Source of the DNA: Lytechinus pictus
Taxonomy: Eukaryota
Direction of reading: 5' to 3'
NCBI RefSeq assembly: GCF_037042905.1
Contig: NC_087252.1
Coordinates: 21,886,001-21,950,000, forward strand
Length of the DNA stretch: 64,000 bases
The notes under the pieces were generated by a model, which did no database searches, was not told the origin of the DNA, and saw only the letters and a program-made list of their open reading frames with translations. Positions 49,937 through 63,276 of this stretch are shown here, one piece after another (positions within the stretch are counted from its first letter, which is position 1; every line of letters begins with the position of its first letter). The position numbers and the translations under genes were made by a program.

Positions 49937-52060
49937 GACTCTCACTACGGAGCTAGAAATTATGTTTCTAAATTTTTTGATTTTACTAGTGGCACTATAA
50001 TCGTTGCATGAAGGATAACTTACTACTGTTACATTCTTATCAAACCCAATACAAATATGGCTACATGCTCTTGCTGACCGTCACTCAAGGTAGTATTTCG
50101 ATACTAAAATGCTTTGACTTATATACGAGGCAGTTTCCCTTGAAAGGAATATCATACAAGGCGGTATCCTTTCATATGGATATCACTTTTTCAAAAGATA
50201 GTTAGGATAAAAAGATTCAGTGACGAAAGGTACTATTTCTTGCAAGATATTGAGTAGAAGCGTAATGTATAACACGGTTGGAGATAAGTGGTTGTGTAAC
50301 TATATCGATCTGTTGGTTAATAAAGGTACACTGTACATGCCTGCGTGTATTGAGGACACGATAATATAGGCCTATAGATATCTTAAAGGATATCACATGG
50401 GATAAATCAATAGTTCATAAATCATAAGAACATTGAGAACAGAAGAAGATACAGTGCAGTGAACAGTGGCATAGTGAGCCAAATACTAGGACCGCAGCAT
50501 GGCGTATGTCTGAGGAAAGCTTTCTAAACGATCAGGAACAAATAAAGAGAGAAAGTGAAAACTTTGCCTTCTTAAAATGGAATTCTTAATTTTGATAAAT
50601 GTTGACATGGTATTGATAACGTTGAAATATTATCACACGTCACCATTTCATTCCCCTTCCCGGCCGCGTCAGACCAAAAGATGGGAGTTGCTGCTACCCT
50701 CGTCGATCTGGCTCTACACAGCGGTTGCCGGGCCGACGATCAATATTGGACAAAGTAAATTTTCGGAGTATTTCATTACATGTCTATTTCGAAAAATAAA
50801 ATATGGATTTTCATCTTTCATTTTCTTGTTCGTAAAACTTTGGGGGCCAGCGCCCCAATGCCCCCGTATCTATACGGCAGCGATATCGACGTGTGCCTGA
50901 TTAATTCATTCATTGCCTCTGACAAATAAATATTTTGTTTCTATTAGGTATAGTTTTTTTCCAACTGTTCTTACAAAGACGTTGGCCTTAGCGAGAAAGT
51001 GCTTCTATACACGCCTTAAAGATGTTTTATTTTCCTAGGAGAATGTAAAAACAGAAAAGGCAAGTACATGTAGGTCGATCTAAGAAGGAATTTATTTTTA
51101 GCAAAGCAAAGTATGGCAATGACATCAGGTGTTGGGTAACTAAAATCATTTTTGCCATGTAAGAACGCAACTACGCTTTCGTAACAACTTACCCTGGAAA
51201 CAGAAATAGGTTATGCCATACTTGCATTATCAATTTTAACGATATTGCACCCAAGGTTTTCTCTCTCTCAAATACCCTTTGTCTTTGACCACGCTGCAGA
51301 ATTAATTTCGTGCAAAATAGACCATATATATTTCACGGTCGTGTTGATGCTTTTGATTATAATGATGGTGATGATGGTGATGGCGACGATGATGACGATA
51401 GTGATGGTAAAATAAAGAAAGAAACATTGTAATATGCATGTGAGGGAGTGATAAAAAGACTAGGACCCATATTCTGAACTCGTGTTTACTTTAGAACTCT
51501 GGTCTATTTTTGTGGTTTAACTATGGATAGCCAATTGTGACACCAATCTCTAAAATTACAGGTTCATTCCATTAGTACATTTGACATTCAAACCATTTAT
51601 AACTCTCTGGGGATGGCGAATAAAGGAAAGACAAAGGACCGCTGTAAACGTAAGAAACATGCAATGTAAAGAGAATTTTGACATGTTCAACAAGTTAAGA
51701 TTGCCTTCAGAAAACGGGCCATTGTGCGCCTGTGAGAGTGAGCACAAGGATATTAATCTATGGTTTATGTTACCACATAAATCCAATTCTTTTTTTTGTC
51801 AACAAACATATACCTGAATGATTACCAGAAATGTGTGTGTGTGTCTGAACATCGTACAACAAACCAAAGTGTCTGGGCATTAATTCACCATAGAACATGA
51901 TGTGAAACTATAATTTTGTGTTCATATTCATCTTCTATCTTAACAGAATGTGTGTCTAATTAACAGTCCAAAAGATTCTACACTAGATTTTAAAACTACG
52001 TTTTGTAATAAATCGTGTTTCTGAGTCTGTATCGTGGTAAAGCGGGTGGGGGTAATTATC

Positions 52061-52363
52061 CTAGCAACGGCAATACCGGATAGGGCGGCAGAGCAAACCA
52101 AATACGGTTTTCCTGAAGAGCGGTTGGGAGATGACGTAACAGATCGGATTGAGTAGACCGTTCACGTAAACGAGCCAAATAGTTATCCAAAAATCCCAGT
52201 AGGGTAGCCGCGGGTAGCCGAGCGTTCGATCGATAGTGATGACAATCGCCAAAAGAGACGTTGGGAACCACGTGATGAAGAAGGCCATGACGATGAAGAG
52301 TAGGGTCTTGGTGGCGCTTCGAACCTCTGAGGCCGGCTCACGATTTGCGGCTTTTTGAACTCC
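52061..52363 (-). CDS. GPCR A4 exon 2
   Basis: Near-identical to A3 exon 2. Confidence 0.9.
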   Translation of the reverse strand, partial: GVQKAANREPASEVRSATKTLLFIVMAFFITWFPTSLLAIVITIDRTLGYPRLPYWDFWITIWLVYVNGLLNPICYVISQPLFRKTVFGLLCRPIRYCRC

Positions 52364-52865
52364 CTAGAGAAAACGAACCGACAAGGGAACAAAAAGGCAG
52401 TTGTAAGTGAATAAAATTCATGAAGCACCTTAACAAAATATTCAGTCAAGTACTCAATAAATTAAACGATAAAAAACAAGTAAATATATATTTGAATGAA
52501 GAAAGAAATCAACAAGTATGACACCTACTACAGTCCGGGCATACGTCCAGATAAATCGCAACAGAGAATTAAACAATTCTAAGATATGAGAATGTGTTAG
52601 CCATTATCGCCGATGGCATTGTCTTGAGAAATCAAAGTGAGTTATCGTGATGTCTTTCTTTCGCATGATTGGTGAAAGCACAATACACCACTTTGTCTTA
52701 ACTTTAATCATGGTGACTTGTGGACCAGTCATTCATAAGTCTATGAAAGTGGCAATTATCTACTCCCCCAAACTTTGAAGACATGGCCTCTTGCGTAGTT
52801 TTCTTCGTTATCGTTACTCATTTTATAAAATAATAAAAAAATAGTACGTGTAAAAATAATTCTGT

Positions 52866-53142
52866 GGGCGCGTCGTTGTCTAGTGGTTCTGACTCTCGCC
52901 TTTCAAACAGAGGGCCGTGGGTTCAAATCCTAGCCATGGTGTGTTTTCCTTCAGCAAGAAATTTATCCACAGTGTGCTGCACTCGACCTAGGTGAGGTAA
53001 ATGGGTACCGGCAGGAAGTAATTCCTCAAAAAGCTGTGCGCACCCGAATCGGTAGACTAGCTTAGCCGGGGTAATATAGGAGCGCCTTGAGCACCTAGCT
53101 AGGTGGATACGTGCGCTATACAAATCCTATATTTTATTATTA
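52866..53142 (+). mobile_element. tRNA-derived SINE in the A4 intron
   Basis: Same insertion as in A2 and A3. Confidence 0.85.
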
Positions 53143-53599
53143 CTCATTTAATCCCATTTTTTAATATAATGTCTCCGTATCCATAAAAGTATATAATATG
53201 AATGTATTGGAACTGATTTTTAACTAACAAGACAATTCATCTTTTTATAGACAACTTTTGTGTTGGTTAACGTAACAGATGCGATTTTTCTCACCTTCAC
53301 GCAGAATGAATTTTATTAGAACACAATAAATGTATTGAAAATGTCCGTCGAATGACAATGAATAGCTGCGAGGCCTTTGACGACATTTGGTGAACCGGAA
53401 CAGCAGTTCGTCTAAGTAACGGGAAATTGCAAATATGTCATTTGTCCAGAGTCCAGGGCAATACTATTGTTTTGATTCACCACTTTTCGAAAAATATTTC
53501 TTGGTTGCTCATTGTCAGGAATGGCATTTGACAATACCGAGAGCGTTCCCTCGTGACTACACCTAAACGAAACAGAGAAGAAAGAAGTGTGCTACTTAC

Positions 53600-54385
53600 A
53601 GATATTGTCTTTACTTGAGGGCGCTGTTTATTTTCCATGACATCACCTTCCGGTAGGCTATGATCTGACACTGTGGTATCTTCGGTAAACTCCTTGTCGA
53701 TGTGCCTTCCACCGGCGATCCCTCGAATCTTTATGAAGATCCGTATGTAGAGAATCAACATTATGGTGAAAGGGATGATGAAGCGGATCAGTACGGTCGA
53801 CAATTGGGCGATTGGAAACACAGAATACCAATGAAAACACTCTGAACCAAGCCGAAACTGCAGAATATAGTCAGGAACCGTCGAGTATGAAAACCAGAAA
53901 ACAAAAGAAACGAGCCACACGCAGATGTTGGTGTAGAGCGCCGTTCGCTTTCTTCGTCTTGTGAAATGTCCAATGGGATCGTAGGTTGCACGGTGTCTGT
54001 CAACGCAGATGGTGACGATGATCAGGTTAGATACGAATTGAATGCTGTTGCTTACACCGTAGAACACCTTGCACCTAACCGGAAAGGGAAAGGGAAGACG
54101 CCCAAGGTACATGTGTAAGCATGTAATGACGAGAAAAATCCCGAAGATAAAGTCCGAAATCGTAAGGTTTATGATGAAGTAGTTGTTGTAGCCACGCAGC
54201 CGTTTCTCGACGGCAAAGGCGGCCAGGCAGATACCATTGATCGCAATCATAATGAACACGAAAAACAGGAGTAACAACGCGATTCCCCGATTTCCATCAG
54301 GCTCTGTACCTACTTCTGTAAGTTCTGTACCTGCTATTTCTGTTTGTTCTTGAAGTAACTCGGTTGTATTGCCTTCAGCGTACAT
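53600..54385 (-). CDS. GPCR A4 exon 1
   Basis: 786 nt, donor GTAAGT; intact. Confidence 0.92.
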
Positions 54386-55850
54386 GGTCGATTATTGGCT
54401 CTGTGATCGGGCAAGTACACTTCCTGGTTTAAAGAATCTCTCTTCTGAAGAGGATTGAAAGATACTCTCAGGGTCTTTGGCCAAGTTGGTCTGATCTAAT
54501 TTCCCAATTGCTGAACAACTCTATTTAACCCATCACTAAATATATGTATATTTGCAGTCACGCCTATTACACGCCCCATTCGCGTGACACGCAATATTAT
54601 TTTTTTCTCAACTTATAAAGGTTTTGCATTAAATTTCAACTAAGTGCATTTAGTATCGTCATAATTCAAAAATTCATTTAATTTAAAGCACTTATTGAAC
54701 ATTTAGTAAAACTAAATCTATCGATTTGATGACAAAGAGAGATTAACCCCCATTGGCAAATCTTGAAGAGATAGAAAAAGAAAGAGAGGGGGAGGAGAAT
54801 GAGAGGAAGAGATGGCGAGAGAGGGAGGGAGAGATGAGGGATGGCAGGAATCAATTAATTCAATTTTATAACCGAAAAAGAATCTTGACATTCGAGCATT
54901 ATATCTAATAAAATTTGTTTCGGGCACCGTTTACACAAATATTTACAATCAATTGTAAAAAAAAATACAACGCCGAAACGAGAACATGGTCGCAATATCA
55001 TAATGATCAACATACCCATTTTGATCATTATCAAGCTATGAACATCGTTCTTGCTATTTGTAATTGATTACAAATATTGGTGTTACCGTCCTCGTAGCGT
55101 CTTCTTTTGCCAAGCGAAAAATCGATCTTCCCATGAACAGGGGAAATGATAAGAAATAAAGCATTTCGTTGACCGTTAGTTTCTACCTTTTGAAAAGAGA
55201 TTGATTTTTAATGTTTTATTAGGAAATTATTTCGCTCACTAAAAAACTAGGACAATCTCATTTTAGATTGGCAACACTAATCTTCAAGTATGCTAAGTGT
55301 ATCATACATGAAGGTTGAGAATAGTCTCTTGATATTTCCCGTGGTAACTAAGAAAACATATTTTAAATTGTAAAGAATATAATCAATATCACCCTACTGA
55401 ATATGTCTTAATTCTGAATCATCTCTTTTACATTCAATAAAAGATCTCTGAGACTTCTAATCTTTCAATAGTGGTGCGTCCTTTTAAGATTGAGGGGAAA
55501 GAGGTAAACTTTTACTATTGATGTTTTCAGAACGACTTAGTATTTCCGTTTAGAATTGATTGATCTTCATCTTGATTTCGTCGAGGCATAGATTTGTTAA
55601 AAAGTAATATTATTAGCCCACGATTAGAGTGTCTCAATTAAAAACGAAGACCCTGAGTTTGAATTGATTTATGCGTTCAAATCATGTCATAGAAAATGAA
55701 CAATTACCTGTATAACTTATAGAACAATGATTTCAATTGGTCAGGGGCATAACAGGGGTCGGTTGCAATGGGGGGGGGGGGGGGAGCAAGAGCAAAAAAA
55801 AATCCCGGTCGTGAACATGCAGTGGCATGTTTAGGGGGAAGATATGATGT

Positions 55851-55883
<33 letters not shown>

Positions 55884-57411
55884 GAAGCTGCGAGCGAAGC
55901 GAGCGAGCAAAAATCTCGATATTTTTATTTTAAAAATCAAATTTGGGATATATTTTTACATAATATTCAGAAAATGATATGATGTCTTACTTTTCTCTCT
56001 TTCCTTTTCTGTATTTATGTACGCCACTGTGAACATGATTTTGTTTATTGTTCGCGAGCATTAGAACAAAGCTCCATGCAGCAGTGGCATAAGAGTGAGT
56101 AAAAAAAAAAAGAGGGGCACTGTATGGCACGTGTGGCAACAAGTTACTTTATATAAGTCCTGAGCGAGCGAAGCGGGCGAAAAAATCACCTTTTCATGAG
56201 AATCTAACTTTGAGAAAGATTTTGACATGATATTCAGAAAATAACACAATATCTTACACTTTCCCTTTGCTTTTCTGTCCTCCTTTTCCTTTTTGTTCTT
56301 GGATGTAGAACTATTGGGGGCCATAGCACAAACTTTTCCATCTCTATGCCACTGCTATTCGGGTGGGGTCCGGGGGCAGAGACCCCGGAAACCCTTGATT
56401 CTAAAACCATTTTTAAAACCTTACAGATGGCTGCTATTTTTAATCAAATTACGGGTTCAGTTTTTACACAAGACATTAATTCAACGCAGTTGCGTAATAA
56501 ACCAAATATTTTGAGGGGCACAACACAGCAAATGCGGGATAATTTGTTTAAGTCGCTAGCGAGCGAAAAAGGAATTTGGCTTTTTGAAATGAAATTATAA
56601 TTACATGAATTACGAGATAGATTTTTCATTATATTCAATCAAACATATTTCATTGTTTTCCATTCATGTGATTTCGTTGTCTCCATGTTTTTTTTGCACC
56701 CAATGGCTGTGGAACCATGCATTCTCCCCCCCCCCCCCCTGTACGCCAGTGCTTCAATAATTGACGTAAATTGACTTCATAGAGCCCTTTAATATTAACA
56801 GATGAAGAGCCCCTACTGAATAGGGTCTGGGGCAGCTACAAAAGGATGGATATGTCTAACCCTTGGCTAACCATTTTGTCTTGATTGCACCCGTTATTGT
56901 GTAAAATTTAGCAAGCTTGTATTCATATACAATCATGCCATCCATCTTATTTCCCATTCTTTATTTCCAATCCTCGACAGAGCGTTCGTGTTTTAGCTTC
57001 TCTTTTGTTTTTAGAAGTCCCTTTTCTTCGTTTTCCAATTGAGCTTTTTGCTCATTCCATTTTACCTTCATTTCCCGCTTTTGTTTACTATTATTTTATT
57101 TCTCTGTTTTACTAATACAGTATTAGTATTTCGGAATGGTGCGTCTTACATGTTCTTCTTTACTTCTTTTTCCCGCTTTCCTTCCGTTTTCCCTCTTTAT
57201 GTTTTTTTTTATTATTTCCCCCCTTTTCCCTTTTCTTCCTTTTTTTCTTTCTTTCTTTTCCCCGTTTTTGTATTATCCCGGTGAAATCCGCCAGGGGGGG
57301 GGGCAGCCTGCCCCCGCCTGTTACACCACTGTGTAGATAACGTAGTGTAGTAATAACGTGGCATAATCGGTGTGTTGGTTCAGTAAGTAGAGAATAACAG
57401 GGGCGTAGTAG

Positions 57412-58131
57412 CGGTGGCGTAGCTAGGATTTTTTTTCCTGGGGGGCACTGGGGGTCCTTGCTTTTTCAGGGGGGGGGCACAATTTTTTTTCCGGTGTGTG
57501 TGTGTATGTGTCACAAGGGCGGATCCGACTATCGCCAATAGGGGACGGGGCCCGAAATTATCTTCACCTATATTTTCCCCGATCAGTCACTTCTTAGTTT
57601 TATTCTTATAAAACAACATAAACATGAAATAATCTCATAAGCTTTCATGTATTTTGTCCTGAAAATTTAATATTCTGGGCAATGTTATGTATGATCCTGA
57701 ACAAGATTCGTATGTAATTAGATGATAACTGCGAACGCCAAGCGCGAGCAGAAATTTATATTAATTGTTCTAGCATTATCGAAAAGGGACCCGTTAAGGA
57801 CTGCTTACAGTTACCCACGAAGACGGTATATATTTCAATAATGGGAACGCGAAGCGCGAGCAAAAAAAATTATATAGTAACATGAAATATTTTTTTTTGC
57901 AAGTCTTCCCCTCACGTACATTATTTCATTCACTCCTCTTTCTCCTCTTATTTTCCTTTTCTTTTTTCTTTTCTTTTTCCTTCTTTTCTGTTTTTCTTTT
58001 CTTCTTTCTCCCTTGTTTTTTTTTTTTTTTGCTCTTCCAATTTTTTTCAGGGGGGGGGGGCACCTGGGGGGGGGGCACACCAAATCTCAGGGGGGCACGT
58101 GCCCCCCCCCCCCCCCGTAGCTACGCCACTG
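57412..58131. mobile_element. hAT-like MITE, unit 4 copy, TSD cgtagtag
   Basis: Homologous to 28805-29664. Confidence 0.85.
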
Positions 58132-59859
58132 CGTAGTAGTAGGGGTCGATGGCCACGGGGGGGGGGGGTAAAAAAACAAAATTTCCCGGTCATGATGTGA
58201 AGAATTATGAACATAATTTTTCATGATTGTACGCAACTTCTTGAAATTCAGTATTTTTGGGGGGTCTTGATTGCGACCGTTATTGCTTGAAATTTATCAA
58301 GCCTATACCATATCCCCTATCACATTCTTCCAAATCTTCTGCGTTTATTATAATAGTAGGGGCCTTGATGGTTAAATCAGCACTATAAACGCCACAATAA
58401 CATAACCATTATTCACCTTCATCAATAACATCACCATCATGATCATCACCATCGCAATCATCCTCCTCATCATCACCACTATCATTATAATCGTCGTTAT
58501 TACCATCACTACCATCATCCTCATCCTAATCACCATTATTATCATTATCAACATCATCATCACCACTAACATTATCATCACCATCATCAACATCACTATC
58601 ATCATCATCATCGTCATTATCACAATCNNNNNNNNNNNNNNNNNNNNNNNNNNNNNNNNNNNNNNNNNNNNNNNNNNNNNNNNNNNNNNNNNNNNNNNNN
58701 NNNNNNNNNNNNNNNNNNNNNNNNNNNNNNNNNNNNNNNNNNNNNNNNNNNNNNNNNNNNNNNNNATCACCATTACCACCAACATTATCATCATCATCGT
58801 CACCATCATCAATCATAATCATCACCATCATCAACATCACTATCATCATCATCATCGTCATTATCACAATCNNNNNNNNNNNNNNNNNNNNNNNNNNNNN
58901 NNNNNNNNNNNNNNNNNNNNNNNNNNNNNNNNNNNNNNNNNNNNNNNNNNNNNNNNNNNNNNNNNNNNNNNNNNNNNNNNNNNNNNNNNNNNNNNNNNNN
59001 NNNNNNNNNATCACCATTACCACCAATATTATCATCATCATCATCATCACTATCAGCATCCTCATCATCCTCATCACCATCATCATCCTTATCATCATCA
59101 CTACCATCACCAATACCATCACCATTACTATCACCATTACCACCAACATTTTCGTCATCAGGGTCATCATCACTATCAGCATCATCAGCAACGGCTTCCA
59201 CACCAACCACTGACAACGACATCAGCAACAATGTTCATAATCTGTATCATCATCGCCGTCGTCTAGAAATCAGCACAAATACCGTCACAACCAATATCTT
59301 CTTTTATCTACGAATACAGAAGTCGAAGTCAAAAGGAGGTCCAATGAAGAAAAGAAAGAATTTTTTTTAGGAAAGGATCGACAAGGAGAAGAAAAGGATT
59401 GACGGGGGATTTGATGATAAAGTGTAAAAAGATAAGAACAAGATGATCAATTAAGAAAATAATACATCATACTGAGAGTATATTGATTATTATTTTTAAT
59501 ATAGAGTGAAGTTCGTTCATTATGTCAAATTATGCGGGAGTGATGTGGTCTTGATAATGATACGGAGTTTGTTCTTCATGACTTTATAACATAGATGTAA
59601 CATAAAATCTAAATATACTATACTGTCTATACAATATACGTGTATGCATTATCCAAGCATTGTCTTGTCATTACACAAGATACATTAATCATGTGAGCCC
59701 GAAATATATAACAAAAAAGAGTATTTGAATTAATACACTTTGAACTAAAATATTAATAAAAAAATGTAAAATAAAGATGGATCTCAACAGATAAAAATTA
59801 TCTTCCAAACATACAATGTGGGGGGGGGGGGGTTAATTACCCTTACCATTTTCAATCTA

Positions 59860-60138
59860 CACTGTTAGAAAATTTATCCTTAAAATAAACGAAGTTTCTG
59901 CAGCAGAGTCTCGAAAACACCTGTAATCTTACCAGATTGCGTAATCTTACAGGAAATTGGTATTTGGTGTATGGAATCTTACAAATTTCCTTAAATAAAA
60001 CACACTTTTCCCTTTTTAAACAGACCTGTTCTGTTAAATTGCAGAAAATTTCCTGTTTTATGAATTTACAGAATGATTCTGTTATTGCTTTCTGCAAAAT
60101 CTTCTTTTTCCCTGTAAAATAAGGTTTTTTTAACAGTG
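59860..60138. mobile_element. TA-flanked MITE, unit 4 copy
   Basis: Homologous to 18100-18380. Confidence 0.8.
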
Positions 60139-60720
60139 TATACCGTTGTCTATATAATTTCATACCCGACAAACCAACAGGCAATTTTCACAAGTATAGC
60201 ATATATATGATGAACAAATCCTTTTATAGTTGATTTCGTAGCTGTAACTCAATGGGAGTAATGAAAGAAATCACTACATTACAGATATACCCATATAAAT
60301 AGGTACCATCTCATAATCAGAAATTAAGTATTTTTGTTTTACCTTACCTCACTTTGTGTTTGTGACATACTAATGCCGATACATTCAAGACGAAGTTCAT
60401 TTTTACTTTCCTCTAAAATAAACAACATGATATGATGTATAATGGTTTAATTTTTATTGAGCAATAAATTATTCACAATAAGAACCTCAATATCTAGAGT
60501 TAGTTCCGAATAGAACTTTTAAAAAGATTTCCCAAACAGGAGAGTTAATTAGATATAAGTGTATTTTTAAATCCAATTTGCTATTACCGTTTAGAACCTT
60601 ACCGGTCGTTCTCAGGAGCTATAGGACACTGAGAATCGAAATATTCAGTCAATTGATAATCAGACTTCAAATTACAAATGCAACGATTCCAAACCCGCCA
60701 TAATTAAATGAAACAGAGGA

Positions 60721-61026
60721 CTATTTGCCTCTGCAGTACCGGATAGGGTGGCGGATCAAACCGAATACGGTTTTCCGAAACAGCGGCTGCGAGACAACGT
60801 AGCAAAGCGGATTAAGTAAGCTATTCACGTAGACCAGCCAACCGGGTACCAAATGCGCCCAGTCAGGAAGCCGTGGATAGATGAGTGTCGGTTCAATCGA
60901 GTAGATAAAGGAGATGACAGAAACTGGAAACCAGGTAATAAAGAAAGCGATGACAATGAAGAGGAGTGTCTTTGTGGCGCTGCGAACCTCGGATGCTGAT
61001 TCACGCTTGACTGCTTTCTGACCACC
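60721..61026 (-). CDS. GPCR B4 exon 2
   Basis: aattag|GGT acceptor; 306 nt. Confidence 0.9.
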   Translation of the reverse strand, partial: GGQKAVKRESASEVRSATKTLLFIVIAFFITWFPVSVISFIYSIEPTLIYPRLPDWAHLVPGWLVYVNSLLNPLCYVVSQPLFRKTVFGLIRHPIRYCRGK

Positions 61027-61777
61027 CTAATTGGGAAAAGATTCATGGATAAAAATAAATGTCATGAATTTCATATTAACATACCGCCTGAAGATTGAAT
61101 GATGTCTGCTTACAAACGCTACGTTACAACATTGGTTTTTACGTGTACGTAGTAATTGATTTTGTGCATCACCAGGATAAAGAGTGTAATAATTACAATA
61201 GTAATGATATGTAACATTTGTATAGCGCTTTATACAAATGTTTCAAAGCGCTGCATACTATTTACCCCGGCTTATGCACGGCTACCCTGATCGGACGCTC
61301 GAGTATTCACGGAATTTCTGCATACCATGAAGGCCTACCCATAAACTATACCTGGTTGGAGAGTGGCAAATGTAGATCAATGCCTTGCCAAAGGACGCGA
61401 GTGGGGATTCGAACCCCAGCCCTTGAGGTTCAAAGTCAGGACACTTATCCACTGAAACGCAACGCCTCTACATGAATTAACTTTTATGACAAATAATGGC
61501 TACTCAATGCTCTCTGTATTCAATCAATTGCCTCATTATGGACGGACCTTTGCAGGGATGTACTTGAGGCCGGCCCCGAGGCCAAATTTTGCCGGCCTTG
61601 GCCACGACCCGAGTCAGCGTAGAAAGTGTATGGGAGAAGGCTTTCTCCAGCCGATTTCCTTCGCCTTTTCCTCCCTACATCTTTCTTGCTTTTGAAATTT
61701 TTCAAGTAAGGGACTCGCTCGAACCCCGGAACAACCCCCCGGCTACGGGCTTTGATATGGAATTAATGAATACTCAC

Positions 61778-62557
61778 AGATTCTATGGTAGAAATGGGGC
61801 CTTCTTTGGAATCACCAGCGTCGTTACCACCGTCCGATTTGCTCTGCCGCGACCATGAAGTGTCCCCATTAAATTCTTCACCGATGTGCTTTCTACCGGC
61901 TATCTTTTGGATCTTCACGAAGATCCGCACATAGATTATCAGCATGATTGTGAAAGGGATGATGAACCGAATAAATACTGGTACTATCTGGCCGATCGGG
62001 TTCACGAAATGCCAAACGATGCAACCCGAAGTGTTGTTGAAGTCTATGACGAAGTCGGGAATCGTCGAAAAACCGAACCAGAAAAGGATCGATGCAACCC
62101 ATACGGAAATATTCGCGTAGATCGCCTTTCGCTTGCTCCTGGTGGTGAAATGCCCGATGGGATCGTAGGTTGCTCGGTGTCTATCGATGCAGATGGTGAC
62201 GATGATCAGATTTGATACAAACTGGACGCTGCTGAAGACACCGTAGAAGATCCGGCACGAGTTGTTACCCGGGAATGGGAATCGTCTAAAATAGGTGTGC
62301 AAGGATGTCACGATAATGACAAACCCAAAGAGAAAGTCCGAGATTGTAAGGTTTATAATGAAGTAGTTGTTGTAGCCACGGAGTCGTTTCTCGACCGCAA
62401 AGGCGGCCAGGCTGAGGCCATTGGTCGTGATGATGAGGGCCACTAGAAGCAGCGGTAGGAGTAGGGCGTGGAGACCTCGTCTCTCATCATCCGTTCCCGT
62501 CGCTACTGTTTCGTGTTGCTCCTGAAAAACATCGGTCGTATTCCCGTCCCCGTACAT
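61778..62557 (-). CDS. GPCR B4 exon 1
   Basis: 780 nt, donor GTGAGT; intact. Confidence 0.92.
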
Positions 62558-63276
62558 GACTCTTTCTATTGGGCTGGTAATTATATGTTTCTAAATTTTG
62601 AATTTTACTAGTGGCACTATAATCGTTGTTTAAAGGATAACTTACTACTGTTACATTCTTATCAAACCCAATGCAAATAGGGCTACATGCTCTTGCTAAC
62701 CGTCATTCAAGGTAGTACTTCGATACTAAAACGCTTTGACTTATATACGTGGCAGTATCCCTTGAAAGGAATATCATACAAGGCAGTGTCCTTTGATATG
62801 GATATCACCTTTTCAATAGATAGTTAGGATCAAAAGAATCAGTGACGAAAGGTACTATTTCGTTGTAAGATAATGAGTAAAAGCGTTATGTATAACACGG
62901 TTGGGGAGAAGTGGTTGTGTAACTATATCGATCTGTTGGTTAATAAAGGTATTTTTTTTATAGAGTACAGGCCTGCGTGTATTGAGGACACGACAATATA
63001 GGCCTATAGATATCTTAAAGGATATCACATGGGATAAATCAATAGTTCATAATTCATAAGAACATTGAAGACAGAAGAGGATACAATGCAGTGAACAGTG
63101 ACATAGTGAGCTAAATACTAGGACCGCAGCATTGCGTATGTCTGGGTCAAGGTTTCTAAAAGATCGGGAACAAATAAAGAGAGAAAGTGAAAATATTTGC
63201 CTTTTTAAAATGGAATTCTTAATTTTGATAAATGATGACATGGTATTGATCACGTTGAAATATTATCACACGTCAT

